From Alphaproteobacteria bacterium (GTDB taxonomy: Bacteria; Pseudomonadota; Alphaproteobacteria; Bin95): DNA of 64,000 bases. The notes beneath the pieces are model-generated. The model did not search any database. It saw only the letters and a list, made by a program, of their open reading frames with translations, and was not told the origin of the DNA. Shown one piece after another: positions 20,165 through 29,486 of the stretch (its first letter is position 1; each line of letters opens with the position of its first letter). Location: assembly GCA_963665325.3 (NCBI GenBank), contig OZ224045.1, positions 1,888,001-1,952,000 on the forward strand, read 5' to 3'. The translations under genes and the position numbers were made by a program.

Positions 20165-21319
20165 GTGGCATTTCAGGTTTCCCGCCGGGGCGGGATCGAC
20201 CCCTTCATCGTCCTGCAGGTGCTGCGGGCGGCGGGTGAGCGCGCGTCTGCGGGCAAACCGGTCTTTCCGCTGCAGATCGGTCAGCCGAGCACCCCCGCGC
20301 CTTTGGGAGCCAGGGAAGCCGCGAAGGCCGCTATCGACGAGCAGGTGCTTGGCTACACCGACGCGCCGGGTATCGAGCCGTTGCGCCGGCGCATCGCGCT
20401 GCATTACCGCGAACGCTACGGGGAAGAAGTCGCCCCGGAACGGGTGTTCGTCACGACCGGGTCGTCCGGCGGCTTCGTGCTCGCTTTCCTCGCTGCGTTC
20501 GATGCCGGCGCTCGGGTGGTGCTTACCGACCCGAGTTATCCCTGTTACCGCAATGTGCTGTCGGCGCTCGGCATAGAGACAGTGCAGGTGCCCACAGGCC
20601 CGGATACACGCTTCCAGCCGACTCCGGAGCTTCTGGAGGGCGTCGAGGGGTCGGTGGACGGGCTGGTGATCGCGAGCCCGTCGAACCCGACCGGCTCCAT
20701 GCTGTCGCCGGATGCGCTCGCCCGCCTTGCGGCATGGTGCCACGACCGGGGCGTCCGCCTGATCTCGGACGAGATCTACCACGGCATCGCATACGGCATG
20801 AAAGAGGCGACGGCGGCCGGCTGGCCCTCCGCAGTCGTCGTCAACAGCTTCTCGAAATACTTCTCGATGACAGGCTGGCGGGTCGGCTGGCTGGTGCTGC
20901 CGGAAGACCTGTCGGTCGCGGTGGAACGGTTGGGCCAGAACCTGTTCCTGAACACGCCGACAGTTTCCCAATATGCCGCGCTCGCGGCATTCGAGTGCCG
21001 GGAGGAGCTGGAGGAGAATGTCCGGCGCTATGCGCGCAACCGCGAGATTCTGCTGTCAGCCCTGCCGGCCATGGGCATCGGCGAGTTCGCCGCGCCGGAC
21101 GGCGCGTTCTACGTCTATGCCGATATCGGCCACCTGACGAATGACAGCATGGCTTTCTGCCGGCGGCTGCTGGACGAAACCGGCGTCGCCATCACTCCCG
21201 GCGTCGATTTCGACCGCGAGCGGGGCAGCCGGACGGTTCGCCTCAGCTATTGCGCCGCGACGGAGGAGGTCGAGGCGGCCATGGACCGCCTCGCCGCTTT
21301 CCTGCGTAGGCCGGGTTAG
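20165..21319 (+). CDS. Class I/II PLP aminotransferase
   Basis: SPSNPTG, SDEIYH, NSFSKYFSMTGWRVGW, GAFY. Confidence 0.93.
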   Translation: MAFQVSRRGGIDPFIVLQVLRAAGERASAGKPVFPLQIGQPSTPAPLGAREAAKAAIDEQVLGYTDAPGIEPLRRRIALHYRERYGEEVAPERVFVTTGSSGGFVLAFLAAFDAGARVVLTDPSYPCYRNVLSALGIETVQVPTGPDTRFQPTPELLEGVEGSVDGLVIASPSNPTGSMLSPDALARLAAWCHDRGVRLISDEIYHGIAYGMKEATAAGWPSAVVVNSFSKYFSMTGWRVGWLVLPEDLSVAVERLGQNLFLNTPTVSQYAALAAFECREELEENVRRYARNREILLSALPAMGIGEFAAPDGAFYVYADIGHLTNDSMAFCRRLLDETGVAITPGVDFDRERGSRTVRLSYCAATEEVEAAMDRLAAFLRRPG

Positions 21320-21340
21320 GACCGCCTCCGCGGAATCCGT

Positions 21341-22141
21341 TCAGCGGCCTGAGAACGCGGCCGGGCGCTTTTCGCGGAAGGCAGCGACGCCTTCCTCATA
21401 ATCCTGCGTCTGTCCGGCAGCGGTCTGGGTGTCGGCCTCCGCCTTGAGCTGGGCGCTGTAGCCGTTTTCCAGGCTCTGCCAGTAGAGCCGGCGGATCATG
21501 CCGAGCGAGGCCGGGCCGCCAGCGAGCCGGCGCGCCATCGCCATTGCCTCGTCCATCAGCGCCTCGTCGTCCACAACCCGGTTGACCATGCCCCATTCGA
21601 GCGCCGTTTCCGCCGGCAGCCGTTCGGCCAGCATGGAGAGCTCCATCGCACGGGCCATGCCGACAAGGCGCGGCAGGATCCATGTCGCCCCGCCATCCGG
21701 CACGAGGCCGATGCGGGCGAAGGCCTGCAGGAAATAGCCGGACCTGGCGGCTATGCGGATGTCGGCCGAAAGCGCGAAGCTCATGCCGATGCCGGCGGCG
21801 ACGCCGTTGACCGCGGATACGACCGGAACGGGAGAGGCGCGCAATCGCTCGAGGGTCGGGTTGTACCAGCCTTCCAGGTCGCTCTTCTGCTCGCCCCTGG
21901 CCTCCGCCTCCCGGTCGCGGGGCGGGCGGTCGGGGTCGTTCAGGTTCGCGCCCGAGCAGAACGCCCGGCCGTTGCCCGTCAACAGGATGCAGCGCGCGTC
22001 GCTGGCTTCGATGCGGTCGAGCGCAGCGGAGAAGTCCTCGCGCATCCGGTGGCCGATGGCATTCAGCACATCCGGATCGTTGAATGCGAGGATGGCGACG
22101 CCTTCGTCGAATCGCAGCTCCATCTTGCCATTGCTTGTCAT
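21341..22141 (-). CDS. Enoyl-CoA hydratase/isomerase (PaaG-like)
   Basis: FCSGANL, NGVAAGIG, IGLVPDGG, EKRPA. Confidence 0.9.
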   Translation of the reverse strand: MTSNGKMELRFDEGVAILAFNDPDVLNAIGHRMREDFSAALDRIEASDARCILLTGNGRAFCSGANLNDPDRPPRDREAEARGEQKSDLEGWYNPTLERLRASPVPVVSAVNGVAAGIGMSFALSADIRIAARSGYFLQAFARIGLVPDGGATWILPRLVGMARAMELSMLAERLPAETALEWGMVNRVVDDEALMDEAMAMARRLAGGPASLGMIRRLYWQSLENGYSAQLKAEADTQTAAGQTQDYEEGVAAFREKRPAAFSGR

Positions 22142-22169
22142 GGCGCGGTCGGGTCCTCTCGTTTCGGGT

Positions 22170-24677
22170 TCAGACCAGGTTCAGTTGCCGCCGCCACCAT
22201 CCGCGCCGGCGAGGCGCTTCCGCGTCCTCGGCGGCCGGGGCGGCCTCAGCTTCCGGCTCGTTGGCCGGGGCGGCCTCGGCTCCCGGCTCGGCGGCCGGGG
22301 CGGCCTCAGCTTCCGGCTCGTTGGCCGGGGCGGCCTCGGCTTCCGGCTCGGCGGACTCGGCCTCCGGCTCCGCGGCAGGGGCGGCTTCCGGTTCCGGCGC
22401 CTCTTCCTGCAAAGGAGGCTCCGGGGCAGGCGGCTCCGCTGCGGACGGCTCGGGCGCGGACGACTCGGAAGGCTGTGCCTCCGAAGCGGCGGCCTCCGGA
22501 GCCTCTTCCTTCTTGCGGCGCGTGCGCCGCCGCCTTGGCTTCGGGGCTTCCTCCGGCGCTTCGGCAGCGACCGCCTCCGCCGGAGGGCCTGCGTCCGCCT
22601 GCTCCGCGGCAGGTTCGGCAGCCGCTTCGACCGGCGCTTCTTCCTTCTTGCGCCGCGTGCGCCGCCGCCTCGGCTTGGGAGCTTCCTCTACGGCCTCTGG
22701 GGTCTCTCCCTCGGCAGCGGGGGCAGCCTCGGGCTCCTGCGTCTTCGGATCCGGCTCCGCAGGAGCGGCGGCGCGGCGTCGCCGGCGCGGCGGCTTGGGC
22801 GCTTCCTCGGCAACCGGCTCAGCAACCGCGGCCTCCGGTTCGCCGGCGTCGGAAGTCTCGCCTGCCTCGACCGTCTCGGATTCGTCGGAAGCCCCGCCTC
22901 TCCGCCGCCGGCCGCCGCGGCGGCTGCGCCGCCTGCGCTTCGCGGCGCCTTCCTCGTCCTCGTCCTCGAGTTGGGGCGCCTCCTCCGCTGCCGGGCCGGC
23001 ATCGTCCGGCTCTGCATCGACAACCTCGTTCCGGGATTTCGGCGCCAGGCTTTCGAAGCGCCAGGTGCCGGGCGGCTGCGAATCATCGCGCTGGAGCAGG
23101 ATTTCGACGCCGTGGTCGCTGGCGAGGCGGTTCAGCAGGTTCCGCTTGTAGTTGAGCAGATAGAGCGCCGTATCGGTGGAGAGATATACCGACAGCACGC
23201 CGTGGCCGCCGCTCAGCGCCTCCTGCTCGATGGCGCGGGCGGTCTGCAGGGCGCTCGATTCGACAGACCGCATGAAGCCCGTGCCGTTGCAATGCGAGCA
23301 GGCGACAGTGCTGCTTTCGTGAATGCTCGGCCGCAGCCGCTGGCGCGACATCTCCAGCAGTCCGAGCGCGCTGATCCGCCCCACCTGTACGCGGGCCCGG
23401 TCGTTGCTCAGCGCATCCTTGAGCCGGCGTTCGACCTGGGAGTTGTTGCGCCGTTCTTCCATGTCGATGAAGTCGATGACGATGATGCCGGCAAGGTCGC
23501 GCAGGCGAAGCTGGCGGCCCACTTCGTCCGCTGCCTCGAGGTTGGTCTTGACGGCAGTCTCCTCGATATTGCGCTCGCGCGTCGACCGCCCGGAGTTCAC
23601 GTCGATGGCGACCAGCGCTTCGGTCGAATCGATGACCAGATAGCCGCCGGACGGAAGCTCCACCCGTGCCGTGTGCAGGTCGTAGAGCTGGTCCTCGATA
23701 CCGTGGGCGATGAACAGCGGCTCGGCCTCGTCCTTGTATTGCTGCACCCGCTTTGCATGGCTCGGCATCAGCGCCTTCATGAAATCCTTGGCGCTGCGGT
23801 AGGCCCGGTCGCCCTCGACCAGCACCTCGTCGACGTCACGCCCGTAAATGTCGCGGATCGCGCGCTTCACGAGGTCCGCTTCCTCATAGATGAGCGCCGG
23901 CGCCGTGCTCGACAGCGTGTCCTCGCGGATGTGCTCCCAGGTGCGGGTCAGGAAATCGTAGTCGCGCTTGATCTCTGTCTTGGTGCGCTTGACGCCGGCG
24001 GTCCGCATGATGACCGCCGTGCCGTCGGGGACCTCGAGGCTCTCGACAATGCCCTTCAGTTTGCGCCGGTCGGTCGCATCGGTGATCTTGCGCGAGATAC
24101 CGCCGCCATGCCCGGTATTCGGCATCAGCACGCAATACCGTCCGGCAAGCGAAAGATAGGTGGTCAGCGCCGCCCCCTTCGTGCCGCGCTCTTCCTTGGA
24201 GACCTGCACGAGCACGATCTGGCGGCGCTTGATGACCTCCTGGATTTTGTATTGCCTGCGTAGCCTGTTGGCCCGGCGCCTGTCTTCCTGTGGCTCGTCC
24301 CGGCCGTTGGCCTGGCCGTTGGCCTGGGCGTCGGCTTCCTCGGCGTCGTCATCTTCGACCTCACCGCCTTCGAGGTCGCTTTCGCGGCGCGCGGCCGCTT
24401 CCTCCTCGATCAGCGCCTGGCGGTCTTCCTGGGGCAGCCGGTAGTAGTCGGGATGGATATCCGCGAACGGCAGGAAACCGTGCCGGTTGCCGCCGTAATC
24501 GACGAAGGCTGCCTGCAGCGAGGCTTCGACGCGGGCGATCTTGCCGAGATAGATATTGCCTTTCAGGGTCGTCCGGGCAGCGGCTTCGTAGTCGAAGTCC
24601 TCAAGCCGGCGTTCGTTTACGACAGCGATCCGGGTTTCTTCCGGATGCGCTGCGTCGATGAGCATGCTCCTGGTCAT
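22170..24677 (-). CDS. rne: Ribonuclease E
   Basis: MLIDAAHPEETR, GNIYLG, RHGFL, IDVNSG, LRDLAGIIVIDFIDM, CSHCNG Zn-link, acidic/Arg-rich tail ending RRGWWRR. Confidence 0.96.
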   Translation of the reverse strand: MTRSMLIDAAHPEETRIAVVNERRLEDFDYEAAARTTLKGNIYLGKIARVEASLQAAFVDYGGNRHGFLPFADIHPDYYRLPQEDRQALIEEEAAARRESDLEGGEVEDDDAEEADAQANGQANGRDEPQEDRRRANRLRRQYKIQEVIKRRQIVLVQVSKEERGTKGAALTTYLSLAGRYCVLMPNTGHGGGISRKITDATDRRKLKGIVESLEVPDGTAVIMRTAGVKRTKTEIKRDYDFLTRTWEHIREDTLSSTAPALIYEEADLVKRAIRDIYGRDVDEVLVEGDRAYRSAKDFMKALMPSHAKRVQQYKDEAEPLFIAHGIEDQLYDLHTARVELPSGGYLVIDSTEALVAIDVNSGRSTRERNIEETAVKTNLEAADEVGRQLRLRDLAGIIVIDFIDMEERRNNSQVERRLKDALSNDRARVQVGRISALGLLEMSRQRLRPSIHESSTVACSHCNGTGFMRSVESSALQTARAIEQEALSGGHGVLSVYLSTDTALYLLNYKRNLLNRLASDHGVEILLQRDDSQPPGTWRFESLAPKSRNEVVDAEPDDAGPAAEEAPQLEDEDEEGAAKRRRRSRRGGRRRRGGASDESETVEAGETSDAGEPEAAVAEPVAEEAPKPPRRRRRAAAPAEPDPKTQEPEAAPAAEGETPEAVEEAPKPRRRRTRRKKEEAPVEAAAEPAAEQADAGPPAEAVAAEAPEEAPKPRRRRTRRKKEEAPEAAASEAQPSESSAPEPSAAEPPAPEPPLQEEAPEPEAAPAAEPEAESAEPEAEAAPANEPEAEAAPAAEPGAEAAPANEPEAEAAPAAEDAEAPRRRGWWRRQLNLV
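22231..22350. repeat. 4 x 30 bp tandem repeat (2 x 60 bp higher order) in the rne tail
   Basis: Units gcggccggggcggcctcagcttccggctcg and ttggccggggcggcctcggct(c/t)ccggctcg alternate; they encode EP(E/G)AEAAPA(N/A). Confidence 0.9.
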
Positions 24678-25032
24678 TTAGTCGGGGCTCCGGGAATGCG
24701 GCAGCGCCGGTGCGGGGGCAGCGATCCGGCAGGCACAGGACAGTCATGGACTTGGCCTCCGATCGCGCAGGCTCGACCGCCCGGGCGCTCCGTGGATGGG
24801 AAGTTGAACACTCATTGCCAATCCGTGTAGACCCCGGCCGGCCGGACTTTCGCTGGCGGCGCAAACGAAAAAGCGATTTCGGATGGCGACAGGAACGGCC
24901 CGCTCGGCACGAGAACACAGACCAGCAAGCGTGCGCTACATTAGCGCGACCGGCGGCCGGCGGCAATCTCTAATCTGGGCCGCGGGGAACAGGCCTTGAT
25001 TTTGCCACGATGTTCGTCTGTATCCGGGTGAA

Positions 25033-27417
25033 ATGATTCGTCTGTTGCGCTTCTTCTTCTGGCTTGCCGCCGTGGGCACGGTGCTGGGCGGCATCGCCGG
25101 CCTGTTCGTGGTGGACCATTTTGCCCGCGGCCTCCCGGCCTATGGCTGGCTTGCGACCTATGAACCGCCGGTTGCCACCCGCGTCCATGCCGGCGACGGT
25201 CGGCTTCTGGCCGAGTTTGCGGTCGAGCATCGTCTGTTCGTTCCGGTCGAGGCGATCCCGAAGCGGGTCGTCGATGCGTTCCTGTCTGCGGAAGACAAGA
25301 CCTTCTACGACCATGCCGGCCTCGATCCGGCCGGTCTGTTTCGCGCCGTCTATACGAATATTCGCAGCAAGCTGTCCGAGTCGGCACGGCGGCCGGTGGG
25401 CGGATCGACGATCACGCAGCAGGTCGCCAAGAATTTCCTGCTGAGCGCGGAAGTCTCCGTCGAGCGGAAGATCAAGGAGGCGATCCTGGCCTTCCGGCTC
25501 GAAAAGGCGCTGCCCAAGGATGCCATCCTCGAGCTCTACCTGAACCAGATTTACCTGGGATACGGCTCCTACGGCGTTGCGGCCGCGGCGCTCAACTATT
25601 TCAACAGCTCGCTCGACGATCTCACGATTGCCGAAGCGGCCTTCCTTGCCGCCCTGCCCAAGGCGCCCAACAACTACCACCCCGTCCGGCGCCGCCCGCA
25701 GGCGCTTGCGCGCCGCAACTGGGTGGTCGGGCGGATGCTGGACGACGGACGCATATCGCCGGTCGAGGCGGAGGAGGCGATCCGGGCTTCGCTCGAGACC
25801 CGGTCCCGCAAGGCGACGGAGTTCTTCGAGGCCGAATGGTTTGCCGAGGAAGTCCGTAGGGAGCTGATGGAGGTCTTCGGACAGGAGAAGCTCTATTCGG
25901 GCGGATTGTCCGTCCGGACGACCATAGACCCGAAACTGCAGCGTATCGGGGAGCATGCCTTGCGTTCTGGTCTTCAGGGCTATGATCGCCGCCACGGCTG
26001 GCGCGGTCCTCTCGCGCGCCTCGACCGGGACGATCTTGCAGCTGCGCTGGCGTCGGCGTCCGAGCCGCCGGGGCTCAGCCCCTATCGCCTCGCGGCGGTT
26101 ACCGGCGTTTCGGCGGACGCCGCCGCCATTCTCCTGAAGGACGGCAGCGCCGGTCGCATCCCGCTGGCGGAGGCCGAATGGGCGAGGCGGTCGCTTCCAA
26201 AGCAGAGGGTCGGCGCGGCGCCGAAGCGCATGCACGGGATTTTGAAGGCGGGCGACCTGGTTGCGATCGAACCGGCCAATGGGGGACCCGACGGCATGTG
26301 GGCGCTGCGCCAGATCCCGGATATCGAAGGCGCGCTGATCGCGATGGACCCGCATACCGGGCATGTGCTCGCAATGGTCGGCGGCTACGACGCCGAGCGC
26401 AGCGAGTTCAACCGCGCGACCCAGGCGATGCGCCAGCCCGGATCGGCCTTCAAGCCGTTCGTTTACCTGGCGGCCCTCCAGGAGGGCTACACGCCGGCCA
26501 CGCTGCTCGCCGACATGCCGATCGTCATCGACCAGGGCGGCGATCTCGGCCTCTGGCGGCCGCAGAACTACGCCGGTTCCTTCCACGGGATCGTGCCGAT
26601 GCGAATCGGCATCGAGAAGTCCCGCAACCTGATGACGGTGCGCCTGGCGCAAGCCGTCGGCATGAACCGGGTCGCCGCTGTCGCTGGCCGGTTCGGCATA
26701 CAGGAGGAGATGCCGGAGGTGCTGTCGATGTCGCTCGGGGCGGGCGAGACGACGCTCGCCCGGATGACGGCCGCCTACGCCATGCTCGCAAATGGCGGCC
26801 GTCGCATCTCGCCGACGATCGTCGACCGCGTGCAGGACCGGCACGGGCGCACGGTCTTCCGCCATGAGCAGCGGACATGCGCGGGCTGCGACACGCTCGA
26901 GGAGCTCGGTCCGAAGGTGCCTTACCCGCCGGATCCGCGCGAGCGGATCGCCGACCCCCAGAGCGTCTACCAGGTAGTGTCCATGTTGGAGGGCGTCGTG
27001 CTGCGGGGAACCGGGCGCCGGCTGCGGGCGGTCGGCAAGCCGCTTGCCGGAAAGACGGGCACAACCAGCGACTATGTCGATGCGTGGTTCGTGGGCTTCG
27101 CCTCCGATCTCGTCGTGGGCGTGTATGTCGGTTTCGACCGGCCGCGCACGCTCGGCCATGCGGAGACGGGCTCGTCGGTGGCGGCGCCGGTCTTCGGTGC
27201 CTTCATGCGCGAGGCGCTCGACCGGACGCCGGCGGCGCCGTTCCGGATTCCGCCGGGCATGTCGTTCCTGCGCGTCGGCCGCACCAGCGGCAAACCGGCG
27301 GAACCCGGCGAGGCCGACATCATCCTCGAGGCCTTTAGGCCGGGGACCGAGCCGCGCCCCGAAGGGCCCGGCCGCCTGCCGGCGGGCAGCGGCGAGCGAA
27401 TTTCCGGTATATACTGA
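25033..27417 (+). CDS. mrcA: Penicillin-binding protein 1A
   Basis: AEDKTF, GGSTITQQVAKN, RKIKE, LYLNQIY, SAFK, SRN, KTGT. Confidence 0.95.
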   Translation: MIRLLRFFFWLAAVGTVLGGIAGLFVVDHFARGLPAYGWLATYEPPVATRVHAGDGRLLAEFAVEHRLFVPVEAIPKRVVDAFLSAEDKTFYDHAGLDPAGLFRAVYTNIRSKLSESARRPVGGSTITQQVAKNFLLSAEVSVERKIKEAILAFRLEKALPKDAILELYLNQIYLGYGSYGVAAAALNYFNSSLDDLTIAEAAFLAALPKAPNNYHPVRRRPQALARRNWVVGRMLDDGRISPVEAEEAIRASLETRSRKATEFFEAEWFAEEVRRELMEVFGQEKLYSGGLSVRTTIDPKLQRIGEHALRSGLQGYDRRHGWRGPLARLDRDDLAAALASASEPPGLSPYRLAAVTGVSADAAAILLKDGSAGRIPLAEAEWARRSLPKQRVGAAPKRMHGILKAGDLVAIEPANGGPDGMWALRQIPDIEGALIAMDPHTGHVLAMVGGYDAERSEFNRATQAMRQPGSAFKPFVYLAALQEGYTPATLLADMPIVIDQGGDLGLWRPQNYAGSFHGIVPMRIGIEKSRNLMTVRLAQAVGMNRVAAVAGRFGIQEEMPEVLSMSLGAGETTLARMTAAYAMLANGGRRISPTIVDRVQDRHGRTVFRHEQRTCAGCDTLEELGPKVPYPPDPRERIADPQSVYQVVSMLEGVVLRGTGRRLRAVGKPLAGKTGTTSDYVDAWFVGFASDLVVGVYVGFDRPRTLGHAETGSSVAAPVFGAFMREALDRTPAAPFRIPPGMSFLRVGRTSGKPAEPGEADIILEAFRPGTEPRPEGPGRLPAGSGERISGIY

Positions 27418-27447
27418 ACCGATCCCGGTTTCGGTGGAGACTGCTCG

Positions 27448-28570
27448 ATGCGTGCAGAAGCGCAGGCCCTGGTGGATGACATCCGCGACAGCCTTACCCT
27501 GATCCGGAGGCATCTTTGACTGGGATGCATCGCTCGCGCGGCTGGAGGCGCTGAACGCCGAGGCCGAAGCCCCCGAACTCTGGAACGATCCGGCCCGCGC
27601 GCAGGAGGTGATGCGTGAGCGGACGCGGCTGGCCGACGGGCTGGAGGGCTTCCGCGCGCTTGAGACTGCGCTGGACGACGCGGTCACGCTCTATGAGCTA
27701 GGCGAGGCGGAAGAGGACGAGGGCGCGCTTGAGGAAGCCGAAGCCGAGCTTGAATCGATCCGGGAGCGGGCCGCCCGCCGCCGGCTGGAGAGCCTGCTTG
27801 CCGGCGAGGCCGACGGCAACGACTGCTACCTGGAGGTCAATGCCGGCGCGGGCGGCACCGAGGCGCAGGACTGGGCGCAGATGCTGCTGCGCATGTATGT
27901 TCGCTGGGCCGACGCCGGCGGCTACAAACTGGAATGGATCGAGGAAAGCCCCGGCGAGGAAGCGGGCATCAAGTCCGCATCCGTGCGGGTGAAGGGCGAC
28001 AACGCCTATGGCTGGCTGAAGACGGAGAGCGGTGTCCACCGCCTGGTGCGCATCTCGCCCTTCGACAGCCAGTCGCGCCGCCACACCAGCTTCGCCTCGG
28101 CCTGGGTCTATCCGGTGGTGGACGACCGGATCGAGGTCGAGATCGACGAGAGCGAGCTCCGCGTCGATGTCTATCGGGCATCGGGCGCCGGCGGGCAGCA
28201 TGTCAACAAGACGGAGAGCGCCGTCCGGATCACGCATATGCCGACCGGCATCGTGGTCCAGTGCCAGAACGACCGCTCGCAGCACCGCAACCGGGCAACG
28301 GCCATGGGGATGCTGAAGGCGCGGCTCTACGAGCACGAACTCCAGCGCCGGGAGGCCGAAGCGGCGGCGGAGCAGGCGGCGAAGGCGGATATCGGCTGGG
28401 GCAACCAGATCCGCTCCTACGTCCTCCAGCCCTACCAGATGGTGAAGGACCTGCGCACCGGCGTGGAGAAGGGCAACGCCCAGGGCGTGCTCGACGGCAA
28501 TATCGACGACTTCCTGAGCGCGGCGCTGGCCGCGAGAGTGGGCGCAGACCGGTCGGCGGAAAAGGGTTGA
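27448..28570 (+). CDS. prfB: Peptide chain release factor 2 (programmed +1 frameshift)
   Basis: ATG 27448 reads [23 protein letters not shown] to CTT-TGA-C; the +1 frame carries [11 protein letters not shown] and GGQ. Confidence 0.97.
27506..27520 (+). promoter_or_regulatory. prfB +1 frameshift cassette
   Basis: Internal SD-like GGAGG (27506-27510), then CAT CTT TGA C. Confidence 0.93.
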
Positions 28571-29481
28571 TACCTCTCGACGACAAGAGGTTCCGCCCTC
28601 TGGAGGGCGCGCCGGACTGGAGCGAAGAGGTCTTCGATAGGTGCGCGGAACTCACGGAGCTTCTGGAGGCGCATTCATATCGCTTCGCCCGGACGATGCC
28701 CGGTGCGCCGCATTCCTACACGCTCAAGCGGACCTGGGAGAGCGAAGACCTGTTCGTCGAGGCGCTCCGGAAAATGCGGGCCGTGGAGCGCGTCGAGGAG
28801 TTGTTCGGGGGCCGGTGGTACCGCCGTTTCACCGCCAACGGCTACAAATACTGGACCATGGGGGCCGGGCTCGACCACATCCTCATCAACCGGGCCATCC
28901 ACGATGCCGGTTTCGACCCATATGCGGTCGTCGCCGACGCCTACGACCTCGGCATCCACAGAAGCAGGTCCGAAGTCGAGCGCACGCAACGGATTTACGA
29001 TTCGGTCGGGATCGATCCCGGCGCCGACATTCTCGACATCGGTTGCGGTACCGGGACTCTTGTCGATTTCCGCTTCAAGGACATAGCACCGGAGCGCTAT
29101 ACTGGTATCGATCCAAGTCGAGGGATGCTGGGCGTCTTCGCGGACAAGCACCCCGAATTCCGGGATCGCCTGATCCGAACCCGGTTTGAGGATTACTGGC
29201 CGAAGCCGGGGCGGAAATTCGATCTGGTCGCGGCGCTGTTCGGTGCGCCTTCCTATCTCGCGGACCCCGATTCCGTTTCCCGGAAAATAGGCTGGCTTCT
29301 CAAACCCGGCGGCGCAGCTGTGCTCATGTATTACAACGGGAAGCCCCAGGATACGGAAATATACCGGCGCCTTGGTATGCAGCCTCCCGCCGCATACGGC
29401 GAGCGCGTAAGCGGCGAATTTTGGACTGTTCGGGAGGAAATCAGTGCCGGCTGGCTTACACTTGTTGGCAGCAGGACTTGA
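28567..29481 (+). CDS. Class I SAM-dependent methyltransferase with an uncharacterised N-terminal domain
   Basis: TTG start overlaps the prfB stop; [22 protein letters not shown]; N-terminal [12 protein letters not shown]...YWTMG...INRA. Confidence 0.8.
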   Translation: MIPLDDKRFRPLEGAPDWSEEVFDRCAELTELLEAHSYRFARTMPGAPHSYTLKRTWESEDLFVEALRKMRAVERVEELFGGRWYRRFTANGYKYWTMGAGLDHILINRAIHDAGFDPYAVVADAYDLGIHRSRSEVERTQRIYDSVGIDPGADILDIGCGTGTLVDFRFKDIAPERYTGIDPSRGMLGVFADKHPEFRDRLIRTRFEDYWPKPGRKFDLVAALFGAPSYLADPDSVSRKIGWLLKPGGAAVLMYYNGKPQDTEIYRRLGMQPPAAYGERVSGEFWTVREEISAGWLTLVGSRT

Positions 29482-29486
29482 CTGCG

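Noticed and set aside
24970-27687. 905-aa antisense ORF, and similar long shadows such as 21753-24263, 33265-35466, 41705-44152 and 60961-62946
   Set aside because: They lie opposite well-supported genes and have no motifs; expected from high-GC codon bias.
28567-29481. PrmC (release-factor methyltransferase), given its position after prfB
   Set aside because: Lacks the NPPY motif and the PrmC N-terminal domain.
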